Source of the DNA: Bugula neritina
Taxonomy: Eukaryota; Animalia; Bryozoa
Length of the DNA stretch: 64,000 nucleotides
NCBI GenBank assembly: GCA_964035545.1
Contig: OZ037770.1
Span: 15,118,642 to 15,182,641, forward strand
Direction of reading: 5' to 3'
Shown: one piece after another, positions 1-13,948 of the stretch
Numbering within the stretch: position 1 is the stretch's first letter
How the letters are laid out: each line of letters begins with the position of its first letter
Notes under the pieces: generated by a model
The model's database searches: none
What the model saw: the letters and a program-made list of their open reading frames with translations, nothing else
What the model was told of the DNA's origin: nothing
Made by a program: the position numbers and the translations under genes

Positions 1-249
1 TAATGCAACACCTGCTCTATGTGCCAGCCTCACAACATGTCACTTTATATTGTAATGCTGGCACTACATGTCACCTGTATCCTGTGTCACTCTTTTTATC
101 ACCTGCTACATGTGCCAGTCACACTATGTGTCACCTCACAATGTAGTAACTGAACTGCGAGATTCATTTATAATGTATAGCATGTATAGCGTACTAAATG
201 CCCTCTCATATGTCTGTTATACACAATATATATGTCTAGGTTCACCCAC

Positions 250-2310
250 CTTAACAGTCCTGTCATTACTGAAAGCTCTGATGTCATACTTAGGGTACCA
301 TGTGGCTCCTCTCACAAGGTATGTCACAGTAAGGATCACTTCCCCTTTCTCTTTCACGTCCATCAGAATGGAGGTTTGACTATAATATAGACAGGAAATT
401 TAATTAAATAACTGGTAACTAAATAAACGATAGTTGAACTATCGGAGAACAAGTGACTGAAAACTTAACAACTGGTGACTTAGTGACTGAGAACTCAATA
501 ACTGGTGACTTAGTGACTGATAAATGACTGACAGAGCTAAAATTTTGGCAGTAGTAGTTTTCATATTGAGATAAGAGTTGGTTTCATCATTCATTGAATG
601 ATTTTCAATGAATAAGCAAGTGACAGTCACTACTAAGTAGAGTCACTACTAAGTAAAGTCACTACTAAGTAAAATCACTACTAAGTAAAGTCACTACTAA
701 GTAAAGTCACTACTGAGTAAAGTCACTACTAAGTAAAGTCACTACTAAGTAAAATCACTACTAAGTAAAGTCACTACTAAGTAAAGTCACTACTAAGTAA
801 AATCACTACTAAGTAAAGTCACTACTAAGTAAAGTCACTACTGAGTAAAGTCACTACTAAGTAAACTCACTACTGAGTAAAGTCACTACTAAGTAAAGTC
901 ACTACTAAGTAAAGTCACTACTAAGTAAAGTCACTACTAAGTAAAATCACTACTAAGTAAAGTCACTACTAAGTAAAGTCACTACTGAGTAAAGTCACTA
1001 CTAAGTAAACTCACTACTGAGTAAAGTCACCCACCAATTCATGTAAAGTGACTTACCGAATCTCCGTCGTCTCTCTACTGTTCCTGCCGGCCTCCATCTC
1101 TCTGTCTCGCAAGACACGAATCTGGTTTCTCAGATCCTGAATCTCCGCCTCCAGTCTGTATGACTCATCATCACATGACTTCAGTTGTTCCGAGTATACA
1201 TTCATGAAGTTGAGCACACCACTCATACCAGTTTCAGTTAGTAGACTCTCTACCATACTCTGCGTAATATATTACAATATGCTTCCTATATTACTACAAG
1301 TTGTATGCCATCATATGATATAAATGTTACTATAATATGTTATATGTGTAATTACATCATATGTTATATGTATTAGTATATGCATGTTTACATAATTATG
1401 TATACTTTAAGCTACATATGTCACTATAGAAGATAAATATACTACAAGGTGATATAACACATTTATATAACATAAAAAATAAACCCGCTATGCATGTGCT
1501 GTTATAACAGATTGAGAGACAATTGAAGTATGAAATCACGTGGTTTAAATGAGTTTTCATAAGCGTTAAAAATACACTCGATTATAGGATTGAGATAGAA
1601 CTTTACTAGCAGGCATAATTGAAGTGTCAATAAAACTTCTTATCACCTGCATGCAAGTGTCACTTGAAAGCTTTACTACAAAACACAACCAGTGACACTT
1701 GCTTGCAAGTGTCACAAGAAGAGTTTTACTAGTAAAATAACCAGAAAGTTACCTGCTTGCAAGCATCACTTGAAGGGTTGCGAATCTGGTCAGCCAGGCC
1801 GACGTACAGCTGTTTACGTCGTGTAGTTCTCTCTCGCTCTGTCTCTATAACTCGGATGCGTTTCTCCAGGTCGGCCACCTCTTCTCTTATGCTCTTCATA
1901 GAATCTTGATTTACCTGCTTGGTCTCTGTCTTCTCCAGGGAACTAACTTCAGTAATGGTGGCATTTCCTTTTCCCTCCACCCTAAAAGAAAAGCAAATGT
2001 TCTCCTGCAATTAAGATAGGCCAAAATGAAACAATTGGTCACCAAGTTTATACTTGGTCGAAATTTTTCAAACTGAAAACAAAAGATGACTAATCCAGAG
2101 TTGTCAGTCTTACCTCACGGAGTCAAGGTCACACAGACGACTTAGACCGCCCACTTTCACCTCGATCTCACCAGCAGACTGAATGAAAACAGGGATAATT
2201 CTTTTGACTTCAGCGCGGTCTTTATAGACTGTCACAGTTGCTACTTCCAAATCCTGAACATCGTACTTGTGGGGGGTGTCCTCCACAGGTATGTTTGGTG
2301 GTGGAGCCAT
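250..2310 (-). CDS. DUF4140/DUF4139-domain protein (C. elegans F37C4.5-like); the 3' part continues beyond the window start
   Basis: Exons 2310-2114, 1981-1753, 1259-1057 and 379-250 join in frame through GT-AG introns. The N-terminal 'VTVYKDRAEVKR...LCDLDSVRVEG' fits DUF4140, a coiled coil follows, and 'TYLVRGATWYPKYDIR' fits the start of DUF4139. Confidence 0.8.
627..1030. repeat. 16-bp intronic minisatellite (aagtcactactaagta)n, ~25 copies
   Basis: Tandem repeat read directly, inside intron 380-1056 of the DUF4139 gene. Confidence 0.95.
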
Positions 2311-3896
2311 TTTTGCTGCATGAAAAAATTGCATTAACATCTCATTAAAGTGTAACCAGCATTGTTATTACACATATAGTAAAAAAAATCAATGAGATTA
2401 TTCTTAAAATTACGCTACTGTAACTCTATTGAAAAAATTGCAGTAAAAGCATAATTATAAATTAGTAATGATTATGATAATATTTGAAGTAAACATTACC
2501 AATACTAATGTTTATAAACAATAATAATAGCAATACTCAATAGTCAATAAGAATAGTGATACTTATAGTATCTAGTGATAAACTACAATCATACTCATTT
2601 ATTGGTGATTTACATCATCATTAACTTTAAGTTTAACTTTCACGTTATTATTACTGATTACATATCTAATAATAATACCAATAGTCAAACTCATAGTAAT
2701 ACTGATACTGATAGTGATAGTTATATTAACAGAAAAAAGTCGCGACAATAATAATAATATTCATACTCATAATCATAATGATAATCAAGTGTAATAATAG
2801 TGATAATCACACTCGTATTGATAAACATATTTATAATGAAAAGTCGAACTGAAATTTTACTACAAATACTAGTAATAATACTAATAATACTAATACTAAT
2901 ACTCAGTAGGCTAATAGTAATACTAATACTAATAGTAATACTAATACTAATACTAATACAGTAATACTAATAGTATTTAATTTCAAATAATAGTATTTAA
3001 CTGTTTTTAACTCAAACTTCCGAGTATAACTATTAGTATTACTTTATTACTATTACTATAACTATTAGTAATACTAATAAGTAATAGACTAATAGTAATA
3101 CTAATACTAATAGTATAGCACGAAATCTAATTAAAAATGTCACAATATACGACAGTTAATACAAAGTTTACAGCTACTACTATCTACCTTGTTAACGCGC
3201 AATATCTCGAGAAATGACTCTTATACGGATTTTACGAAGTTATTGCGATTTGGAAATTGGGCAGTTTCTCTTTACTAACATTATAATAATTATTATGGCG
3301 TTCAACAAGAATTGTTCTATAAGCAGCTCCGAGTTGGGAGTGATTGAGTGTAGTAGTCTAGAGTTTATTTAACCTTACCCTCAATATCGCGAACTGAAAA
3401 CTACGGCACCCAGCCACCCCGAACTTGGTGCTGCTTATAAAATAAGTCATTTACAACGCTTGAAGCAGTGCAATGGGGGGGGGGGGGGGGGGGAGAGGCG
3501 TGTGTGTGCATAGGATAGTATTCGTTATATAAAAAGGAGAATTGAATGCAGCTGTATGCATGCAGGAGGTTTAAGTGTATTATAAAAAGTGTCCAACCCA
3601 CACAATCAAATACAGGGTGACCTATCACTATGCAACCAATTAATAACTTTATGATAAATTTCATAACTGGTGAAATATTACTTTATCTGAAACACTAAAA
3701 TACCAGCATAATGATTTACAATCCTGTGTAACAATTTTTTTTAGCATGAAGTAAAAGAGAAGACAACTTCATAATTATGATAAGAAATGTTGTGAACCTT
3801 TATTTAGTTGTTGTGTACAGAGAAAGACTTGACATAAAGCATTTTATTTACAGAATAAAGCATTTTGTAGAAAAAGCATTACAACAATATAAATCT

Positions 3897-6120
3897 TCAC
3901 AGAATTTCTTCATTTGCCTTTTCCTCGCTAATGAGTTTCTCTACATCAGGGTTGGGGTCAATACCACCCATCTTCTTCTCACAATACTCTTGGAGGAACT
4001 CGGGGTCCTCTTCCAGATGAGGATATTTCTCCAGAAGCTTCTTGTACAAATGCTTGGCCTTTTTTCGTTTTGTGAAACTTCGCTTCCTTTGCTTTTCATT
4101 CCACAGCATCTTATATGGCCTGGTCCAGTCCCCCAGGTTATTGTACTTCTTCCTACATTCAAACTCAGTCTGATAACTATTTAGTGTGGAAAACAACACA
4201 AAAATCCAACCATCAAAATCTTATTGATCTACACTTGTATATGTAGACATAAAAGTTCAAAAAACTCTTCTTCTAGATAAAAATTATTTTCTCAAAATCA
4301 AAACTCATTTCGGTGCACTACTCTGGTAAATCGCCGAGGACTTCAAATTTCTATTATTCTGACAATATTTGCATCATCTTAGCTTTATCTTAAAACACTT
4401 TAAAGACAAAACAAATACATATTAATTTGCAAATAAACGTCAGCAGGTAGTTGTGACTGGCCAAAATCAATTTTCAATTTCCTGCAGCTTAAGTTTGTAA
4501 TCACCATTTGTATAGATGAGACATGATTCAGGAAACATGGGGTTTTCTTATGAGAAGTTATCTGCCCAGTAGTAAGTTGTCTTCTTTTGTTTAGTAGATA
4601 TAAGAATAGTGAAAACCCCAGCTAACCTACAAACTGACATACTTACAGAAACTCTTTGTTGTGTTCTCTTGGCACCAGATGTTCTTCTTCCAGCCTCCTG
4701 ATTGGTCGGTCCAGCTCATCCACATCATCTATCCACCTGGGATGTGGCTGTTCACCTGTTTCTAGCAGAGAAAGGGCACTGTTTCTCTCATCAACCACCT
4801 GTCTTAGGTTGTCCATACTAACTTCCACCTAGTGACACAATGTCACAAGTTATTAGTTACTACTAACACACAGTGACACAATGTCACAAGTTATTACTAA
4901 CACACAGTGACACGTTGCCACAAGTTATTACTAACACAAAGTGACACAATGTCACAGGTTGTTACTAACACACAGTGACACGTTGGCACAAGTTATTACT
5001 AACACACAGTGACACAATGCCACAAGTTATTACTAACACACAGCGACACAATGTCACAAGTTATTACTAACACACAGTGACACAATGTCGAAGGTTGCTA
5101 CTAACACCAAATAGCATACCTTTTCTAAACGCTCTGGGGATGGAAAGGAAGCATGTAGCCTGTCGTATTCAGCTTTCATTGTTAGCAGCAAGTTCATTTC
5201 CTTTAGTAGAACATACCTGCAGTATTATATGCTAGATTTTTATATGACAATGCAACATGATACATTGTCATATAATGTATTAAGTTTTATGACAGTGGCA
5301 TGTAGTCTGTATGATGGTTAGTGGCAGGTACTTGATAACTGCCGGAAGTAAACAATTACACGTAATTACTCACATTGCACATAGAAACATGTCAATTTTG
5401 GTAACATATAAAATAATTTTCAAAATTAGTAAAAGGTCACAAATTCTTAGTACCAAAGCTTATGCAAGTCTTGATTGCTTCGGGTTCTCAAGTCTGCCTT
5501 AGCCCAAGGTCTTCCGACTTGCACTTTGAACAGCTCCCAGTTTTCCTGCTCATCGAAAAATTCATCTAAACCATTTCTTTGAGAAGTGGTATGAAAGTTT
5601 CTAAAAATTACGAAAAAACTAAGGAAGGATACTTAGTCAAACCTAATGCAAAAATAGGAGATGAGAGATCAAATGATAATAAGTTATTATTGATAGTTTA
5701 GTTGGTAAGTGAGTCATGCAACTAATAGTGCTAAAGTTAGTTAAGTAAAGTTAAATGTGTAATTATAAATATGTAATTATATTATAATAAGTACAAGTAA
5801 GTAATCTAAGTTGTATATTTATAGTAAGTTTAAGTTGATGTTATACAATTGAGATTAGCCTACCTTGAGTTAACATTTTTGGAGAAACTGTGTTTAACCA
5901 CCAAGTTCTTCGTTGGTAAATAAGTTTGCGTAATGCTTGTATTGCCAATGTTAAAACTATTGTAAACAGTAGGAATTGCAATACTCAAAGTCTTACTGCT
6001 TGAGAAAATTGAATTGGACTGGGAAAAGTTTCTTGAAAAGTTTAGGTTAGCGTCAAACCGAAGAAGATTTTGTAAACGCGGTGCCGTTGTAAGTAATTTT
6101 TTGCTGCATTTACAAAGCAT
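3897..6120 (-). CDS. MRPL47: 39S mitochondrial ribosomal protein L47 (uL29m)
   Basis: Exons 6120-5864, 5600-5454, 5216-5120, 4828-4647 and 4176-3897. They encode 'GLDEFFDEQENW...GRPW...[25 protein letters not shown]...PSPERLEKVEVSMDNL', the MRPL47 signature, after a basic mitochondrial presequence. Confidence 0.93.
4831..5108. repeat. 34-bp minisatellite (~8 copies) filling almost all of an MRPL47 intron; each unit holds the hairpin gtgaca-caa-tgtcac
   Basis: Units start at 4871, 4905, 4939, 4973, 5007, 5041 and 5075; the array abuts the acceptor AG at 4829-4830. Confidence 0.9.
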
Positions 6121-7559
6121 AGCAAATTTTAGTTATATTTATTAAGAATATTTTTTTACAAAAATAAGGCAAATAATCAACAAAGATTAAGGAAACTTTA
6201 GTTCAACTTTCGGCTTGGTCATGCACAACTTGTTTCAACGACACTGTGAGAAGAAAGCAAAGTATTCGATTCGCTATAAATCCCTTGATGTGTCAATGTA
6301 GTTAGCTCACATTACTCACAATATTATTAATTTCTTTTGAACATATCAACGCAAAAACTGTTGCAATACGCCTCCATCAATAAAGACTTGTAGCTTTAAT
6401 ACCTACGTTGTAAAAGTTGAAAACACGGGTCTTGTTGTTACCAAACCATAATTAGAGATAGGACGTAACATAGTCTAATACTCCAATACATCAACATGTG
6501 TGCTACGCTCTAAGAATATGAGTTATCTTCATGTCAAGTTCATCTAGTTTATTTATATTATTAATGTTATAAATGGGATATTTATTTTATTAATGTTATT
6601 GTAATAGTTAATAAATAAATGTAATAATAATAATTAAATATTATTGTATTTATCTTATATTAAATTTTTTTTGTCCAGTAACTGTAAGTGTAACACTAAC
6701 ACTTACACTAACACTAACAGTAAGTGTAACTAAGAGTAAGTATAACTTAAACTATGAGTATGAGTTACTGTTACACTTACTCACTTACTGCTAGTGTTAC
6801 TGTTAGTGAGTTACACTCACAGTTACTTACTAACTTAATATAGTCTATACTGTATAAGTATAGTCAATAGTGAGTATAACTCTAAGTATAACTATTAGTA
6901 GGCCTATGAGTTAGTATCAGTATGTAATTAATTGTTATTTAATTTTAATAAGTACTAGTGCTAGTAGTAGCAGTAACTGAAAGTACTAGTGTTACTGCTA
7001 ACAGTAACACCAACGGCAACAGCAAACAGCGAAACTTTAACATTCGTCGTGTAAAATTTATACAATAATATTAGTATTATAATTATACTTATAGTTATAG
7101 TTATCATTTTAATAATAAATAAATATAGTTATAACCCATATTGATACTCATATTTAGTACTAATAATGACACTGTTAGTCTTTTAGTTATGATATTGATT
7201 TACCGAAAGTTAAAGCAATTACAGTTGATATTGCTTGTTAGTTGGTTGATAATTCAAATTGACTAACAAATAAACATTATCATTTATCAATTTGTCATAT
7301 CTTTTGCTAATGATACATGTAATTTTGTAACAAATTTGATATAATAATAAATGAAATATTATTAGGCATTTGATTTTAAGTTTATTGTTATAAATTAATT
7401 AGTCTTACTATTAATAATCTTAGTTTCTCAATCTTGAGGCTCGACTAATCAAATCACACCTTGCTACAGGAAAATATTTGTTTTAAAGTAAATTTAGCAT
7501 AGCTGCAATTTTCAAGCTTTTTTATATGCTTGCTGGTAATGGTTTAGAGTTGCCCGACC

Positions 7560-7924
7560 ATGACAAGCAAGGTTAAAGGCATTTTGAAGAAGAGGGAAGC
7601 TGACAATGAACTTGTAATAGACAATGAGGCTGTACTAGACGAACATATGGAACAGGAAGATAATCAAAGTGTAAGTATTCATGTGGTGTAGGTTTTTAGC
7701 TGTCCAAGTGTTTGATTAATAGAGTGTTGCTTAGCTGCCGTATCTCTAGTTAAATGTTGAGTAAATTGAATATTCAACACAATTATATTTATAGTTATTA
7801 CAATGATACAGAAAAAGTGCCCAAATGGCTGTAAAAAGTATGCGATGTATATTATAATGTTACATACCAGTTCAGTTGGTTGTTGCTGATTTAGAATTTA
7901 CATTGACATAGACGCTAGAGTCCT

Positions 7925-7990
<66 letters not shown>

Positions 7991-10900
7991 ACTGCATTGA
8001 ATATACTGTGTTACTTATAATTAATTAATTGTATTGTATTATCAAAGTTGCATTAGTTATGCTGTTTGTTTATACTGCATTGCTTACACTGCACTGTACT
8101 GCATTATTTATTCAACTTTGACTTCTGTCTTGTTTAAAGGAGGTAAAACATGCTTCGCTGCTGAAAGCGATTCAGAGTTTGGATGGAAAAAAGGCGCCAA
8201 TATTACAGCGTGGCGAGACAGCCTTGTCCTCGTCTGAAGATCACACACGAGGTCAGCATACAATATATGTACTCTATGCTTAGTCAGCAAACATAAGGAT
8301 GTTATACTCTATTGCATTTTATTATTGTATTTTATTTATGTAGAGATGAAGAGCGTACACTTCGGTGACCTCTTAAAGTCCTTGAATTCCTCAAACACTG
8401 ATGAAGTAAAGAGACACATCCAAAAACAAGATGGCTCTGGCAAAGTTCCCGAACCCTTAGAAAAAGTTCATGTTGTGAAGGTAAGAAAGTTAAGTGTGTT
8501 TACGGAGTTGTTATACAAACGCTTAATCCCAGCCGTCTTCCCTCTCGAAACATGTCCCAATATCTTGCTGGTGAAATGAGACAACCCGTCACACTGAAGG
8601 TTGCTATTGCGTCGTGTAGTGAATCTCTACTCTGACCAGCGAGTATTTCTGTCACCAGGCTGAGCGGACGGTGACCTACCAGGAGAAACAGAGTGAAGTT
8701 GGCAAGTGGCAGAGTATCATAGAGAGCAACCGAGTCGCTCCACAGCAACAGTTTCCCTTAGAGAGATCCAAAGTCACGTTGATATCGGCGTATGTTGAGT
8801 TATTGGTTTACCTTTTCTGTATTTCTGTGACCAGGCAAGTAGGTCGTCTTTATATATATAGCCTGTGCTCGACATGTGTTCTAGGAGAAAGGACGCGGCG
8901 TCTCATCAACCCCGTACCGCCCTCGAGTTGGAGATGCAAGCGCTGTTGAAAGGACCGGGTTTTGTGGCAGAAGAGGAAAAGCCAGTTTTGACAAAGGCCG
9001 AGCAGAGAGTAATGAAGTGAGTCAGTCTATGTTCACTTCCTGTTTGTTTCCATTTCCTGTTTGTATTTGCTTCCTGTTTGTTCTCGCTTCCTGTAACAAG
9101 GAAATACGTATCACAGCTGGTTGGAAACTTAGAATCATTTGATTTGCAGAGCTATGGATGTGGCGAGAGCTAAAGAGGAGTTGGCGCTGAGGCGTAAGCA
9201 TCGTAGGATGGTGGCCGACGTTGCGTCAAAAAACAGACGTCAGGGAAAAATCAAAAGTCGAAGGTGAGCTTTCATTGGCTGAAGAGTATTACTATGCTCT
9301 GTATGTACTATACTCTATAGTATATACATATGCTATACTCTGTATGTGATATACTCTATACATATGCTATACTCTATACATATGCTATACTCTATACATA
9401 TGTTATACTCTATACATATGCTATACTCTATATGTGTTACACTCTATACATATGCTATACTCTGTATCTGCTATACTCTATACATGTGCTATACTCCATA
9501 CATATGCTATACTCTATGCATGTGCTATACTCTGTATCTGCTATACTCTATACATATGCTATACTCTATACATATGCTATACTCTGTATGTGATATACTC
9601 TATACATATGCTATACTCTGAATGTGCTATACTCTATACATATGCTATACTCTATACATATGCTATACTCTATATGTGTTACACTCTATACATATGCTAT
9701 ACTCTGTATCTGCTATACTCTATACATGTGCTATACTCCATACATATGCTATACTCTATGCATGTGCTATACTCTGTATCTGCTATACTCTATACATATG
9801 CTATACTCTATACATGTGCTATACTCCAGCTATCACAAACATCTGAAGGCTGAGAAGAGAAAGAGAGATTTCAAGGCTCTGGAGAAACTAAAGACAGATG
9901 ACCCTGACCTGTGGAAGGAGAAAGCAGAGGAGATTGAGAGAGCTCGTATTGAGGTAACGCTGACTCTCTCCTCCAGTCAGCCGCTGTCGCTGTGTTACAT
10001 TGCGTTGAGAGTTGGTAGAGTAAACGTTTGCTTGTGCTTTACAGGAGCGAGCCACCCTTAGACACAAAGGGAAAAGCAAGTTTGCGAAATTAGCTAAGAG
10101 ATACGGAAAGTATAACGAGAAGATAAAAGATTCTCTGGATCAGATGAGATCACGAGTAAGATGGTGTTGCTACTATCCACTACCCACCCTGCCTACCCAC
10201 TCTTACTAGATCTGTCTATCACTACTACTACTACTCTTTCACTAGATTAGTCTGTTACTCTCAATCACTTGTTTACTCTTTCATCCACTCTCTGGATCAT
10301 TCATTCTTTCACTCACTCTTTTGCTCAGTCACTCACTAACTCGCTCACCCACTCACTAACTAGCTCAGTCACTTATTTTATTAACCTTGTTACCAATATA
10401 ATAAATAATAAAACTTTTTGTAGTACAATATTTAGACTGTAATCACAGCATTATGTGTCCCGTCACAATGCCATACTTGTTAAGTTCTGGTTGTCTGGTA
10501 TCAACCCCTCACTGTGAGTAACCTCTCTCTGTCTGATTACTGACTGATTCTGACTGTGCAGGGGGTGGAGCTGCTGACCAAGCAGGCTGCCGAGGAGGAG
10601 AGTGAAAGTGAACACGATGAGGAACTGCGTGGCGACGTCAACATGAGCGAGAGTGACGGGGAGGGACAGGAAGAGGAAGTGCAGCAGACGTTGACATTTT
10701 CATCCAACAATCCGTGGATGAGTGGCAGTGAGTAACTCTGCCCAGCCTTCCAGATTATTCTGTCTATTGCTCTAGATTATTCTGTCTATTCCTCTGGAAT
10801 ATTCTGTCTATTGCTCTAGATTTCTCTTCTAAAATACTCTGTTTATTCTTCTAAATTTCTTTTCTAAAAGACTTTTTCGTTCAAAGTCCCCCTTGAACAA

Positions 10901-13900
10901 CAGGGTTTGTACAATAAGAATTTTGTACAAACACGGTTTCTCCACTGAATTAACTCAGACTACAAAGTGCATTGGGTAGATAACTCTAATGTAACATTGT
11001 AGCTACTCAAACAAGTATTTTGTTTAAATGTTGCGTTATTTTCATTTAGAGCTTTCCAAAGAGTCTTCACACAAGCCACAGTTTCCTGTGAACACTGGTG
11101 CTTTTGACGCGCCTTCCTCCAGTGACGAAGATGACAACCCAGTGGAGGGCGTGACTGGCGACCCAACCTCTCTTGGAGAGGAACTGGAACCTCAGTCTGA
11201 TGCTGATATGGATGGTGACACTGCAGACGTAGCCAATGAGATATCAAATAACACAGATGTAGCCAATGAGATATCAGATAGCGCAGATGTAGCCAATGAG
11301 ATATCAGATAACACAGATGTAGCCAATGAGATATCAGATAACACAGATGTAGCCAATGAGATGTCAGATAACACAGATGTAGCCAATAAAATATCAGATA
11401 GCAAACAAACTGCCAATAATAAAAGTAAGAGCAAAGCTAAAGTTAAAATGACTGAGAATACTGATGATTCAGCAAATCAAACACAGATTCAAGCTGCTTC
11501 ACAAAGAGTTCATAAAAATAAAGATAAGAAAGCAGTGAGTAAAAAGAAAACAAGAAAAGAAGTCAGCAAGACAGTGAATGCGCCGTCTGCTGTGAGACAG
11601 GCAGCCAATAAGGTGAGGGCTGCCAGCTAGTCAGTGATTTTGTAGAGGTGTGCATGTCGTGTGTTTTGATTGGCTTGTACCATGTGTACCTTTATCTAAT
11701 AGGTCAGTATATGTACTCTGTGTACCTTTATCTGATAGGTCAATGTAAATCAGAGTAAAGCTGAAGCAATTGCCGCAGCACAAGAGCTGGAAGATGACGC
11801 AGGTAATCTTATTATATACAGAAATTATTGTGTGCGTGACCTGTCTCACATGCTACGTTTGCCACAAGTTTTGATTATTCAAATAAATGTTCTTTATTCT
11901 TGATAAAGTGCATCAGCTTATAAACTGTTGTTATTCTGCAGCTCTGCGGGAGTCGTCATGCCTTTCTCTGCTAATGTGCTTGATGCAGTAATGGCTGCCT
12001 TGTAGTTCAGGATTCAGACAATCTTCAATGATATTTTCTAGGTTTAAAATTGTCTTCTTTTTAATTTGGTTTCGGAGATACAAGCAGAAAGCAGCAAGGA
12101 AGATGTTAATATCCTCTCCTGTTGTTTCTGTCTTCAGATGCTATGATGGACGGAGTGTCTACTGATCGCATGAAGTCGAGAGAAGACGTGGATAGATTCG
12201 ACAACATCTTCCATCAGATGAGCGCTGAGAAGATTTCCACCACTCAGATGGAGGAAGGCAATTCTAGTGACGAGGAAACATCAACAGAGAAGATACAGAA
12301 TATTGACCCTAAAAAAGTACGTGGCGCCCCCTGGTGGTTCGGCCTGAAACCTGTCGGTTCAACTAAATTAAAATTTGGTTATATAACCGTGACTTAATAC
12401 AAGTATGAATGCATCTCAAATTGTAAGATGATGATACATAACTTGTGGAATTGCTGAAATGATTACTGCAAGAATAGAATAAAATTATTTTTGACTTGGT
12501 AGATTTACAATTTATCATCTAATTGGTTGGAATAACTGAACTATTTTGGTATTGATTATGTAATTGAGTAGAAGTTATCTTCCCCAAGTCTATAATGAAG
12601 TTGTGTCCCCTTGTATCATCCAGGTTATTTCTATCCCGAGCACTGACCTCTCCGGACAAGTTCAGCCAATGGGAGAGTCCGACTCAGAAGATGACGAGCA
12701 GAGGCTGAACATTGCGGAGGCGTTTGCAGACGACGATGTGATGGAGGAATTCTCCACCCGCCGTAAAAGTAAGTGCGTCCCATGAACTGGGACTATGCTG
12801 TGTGCTGAGAGCTCCATCTAGGCATGATGCGCCTCAGTGAGTTTGTATTTGTTGCAGGGAAGTTGGTGGAAGAAGAGGAGGCAGCGGACGCTGCCGCCGC
12901 ACTGAATGTGCTGCCGGGATGGGGCAGCTGGGGAGGAGCCGGCATTGTAAAGAAAGGCAGGAAACCTCGAAGTAAAATGACGTGAGTGATAGAATATGTA
13001 GTAGTTAGTGTGTAGTAGTTAGTATGCAGTAGTTAGTATGTAGTAGTTAGTATGTAGTAGTTAGTATGTAGTAGTTAGTATGTAGTAGTTAGTATGTAGT
13101 AGTTAGTATGCAGTAGTTAGTATGTAGTAGTTAGTATAAAGTAGTTAGTGTGTAGTAGTTAGTATGTAGTAGTTAGCATGTAGTAGTTAGTATGTAGTAG
13201 TTAGTATATAGTAGTTAGTAGTTAGTGTGTTGGTATGTAATATTTTATTTTTACTGTAGCCGATTTGAAAAGGAGAAAAGAAGAATAGAAAATCTGAAAA
13301 AAGCCGCAGCGGAGAAAGCAAAGGAAGAAGAGAGAGAACGGAAACTTTCTAAATTCCCTTCAAATGTCATCATCAATGAGAAAGCATTGAAGAACCAGCC
13401 GATAATTAAGTACCAGGTGGGGATTACTTGCTGCTAACATGTCTCGAGTCATAAACTTGTGAACTACTTGGTCTGTTTAAACTTGAGTTCTGTTCTGCAG
13501 GTGGATCCGAAAAAGTTGAGCGTGAAGTCATCCGCTTTCTCAGCGATGATTTCACAGCCCGTAGGTAAAGATTTTATCCCCACTATAGCTCACAATGAGC
13601 TGTGTAAGCCGCGTGTTGTCACTGCAGCTGGGGCCATCATCACTCCCATGAGCAAAAGTATGGTAAGTGAAGAGTTTTACCTTATTGCGTTGTGTGACAG
13701 ACTGGAGACGTTGTGTGACCGATTCATTACGTTGTGTGACATTGTTGTGACGAGTTCTAGCTTAAGGACTCTGAATAGAGATTACTGTTCATATTTAGCT
13801 GACTGAATCTAAGAAGCAGGAATTTCCTGAAAGCACAACAAAACCTGAGGCTAAAGTAGCTCAACAATATCAACTGAAAAGGATGAAGCCGAAGAAGAAC

Positions 13901-13948
13901 CCTGTGAAGGCGATGGTAAAGCGCTATGAGGGAGGAAGGCGTTTATAA
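7560..13948 (+). CDS. UTP14: U3 snoRNA-associated protein 14 (SSU processome component)
   Basis: Multi-exon gene (first coding exon 7560-7670, last 13799-13948). Motifs typical of Utp14: 'HASLLKAIQSLDGK', 'KIKSRSYHKHLK', 'ARIEERATLRHK', 'IAEAFADDDVMEEF', 'LPGWGSWGGAG', 'NVIINEK', 'PRVVTAAGAIITP'. Confidence 0.92.
7929..7987. repeat. (TA)n microsatellite
   Basis: Read directly. Confidence 0.97.
9292..9827. repeat. 18/16-bp intronic minisatellite (atatgctatactctatac) with higher-order duplication, ending at the UTP14 acceptor (AG at 9828-9829)
   Basis: Read directly; source of the spurious ORFs at 9330-9853. Confidence 0.93.
11222..11400 (+). repeat. Coding 30-bp tandem repeat in a UTP14 exon encoding (DVANEISDNT)x6
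   Basis: Lies in ORF 11028-11630; unit gatgtagccaatgagatatcagataacaca. Confidence 0.9.
12996..13226. repeat. 14-bp intronic repeat (atgtagtagttagt)n
   Basis: Fills the UTP14 intron that follows the donor at ~12982. Confidence 0.93.

Noticed and set aside
3777-4184. 135-aa + strand ORF, and 73-aa alternative-frame ORF at 3941-4162
   Set aside because: These are the antisense and alternative frames of the last MRPL47 exon.
9330-9853. Several overlapping Tyr/Ile/Cys-rich ORFs
   Set aside because: Read-through of an intronic minisatellite in UTP14.
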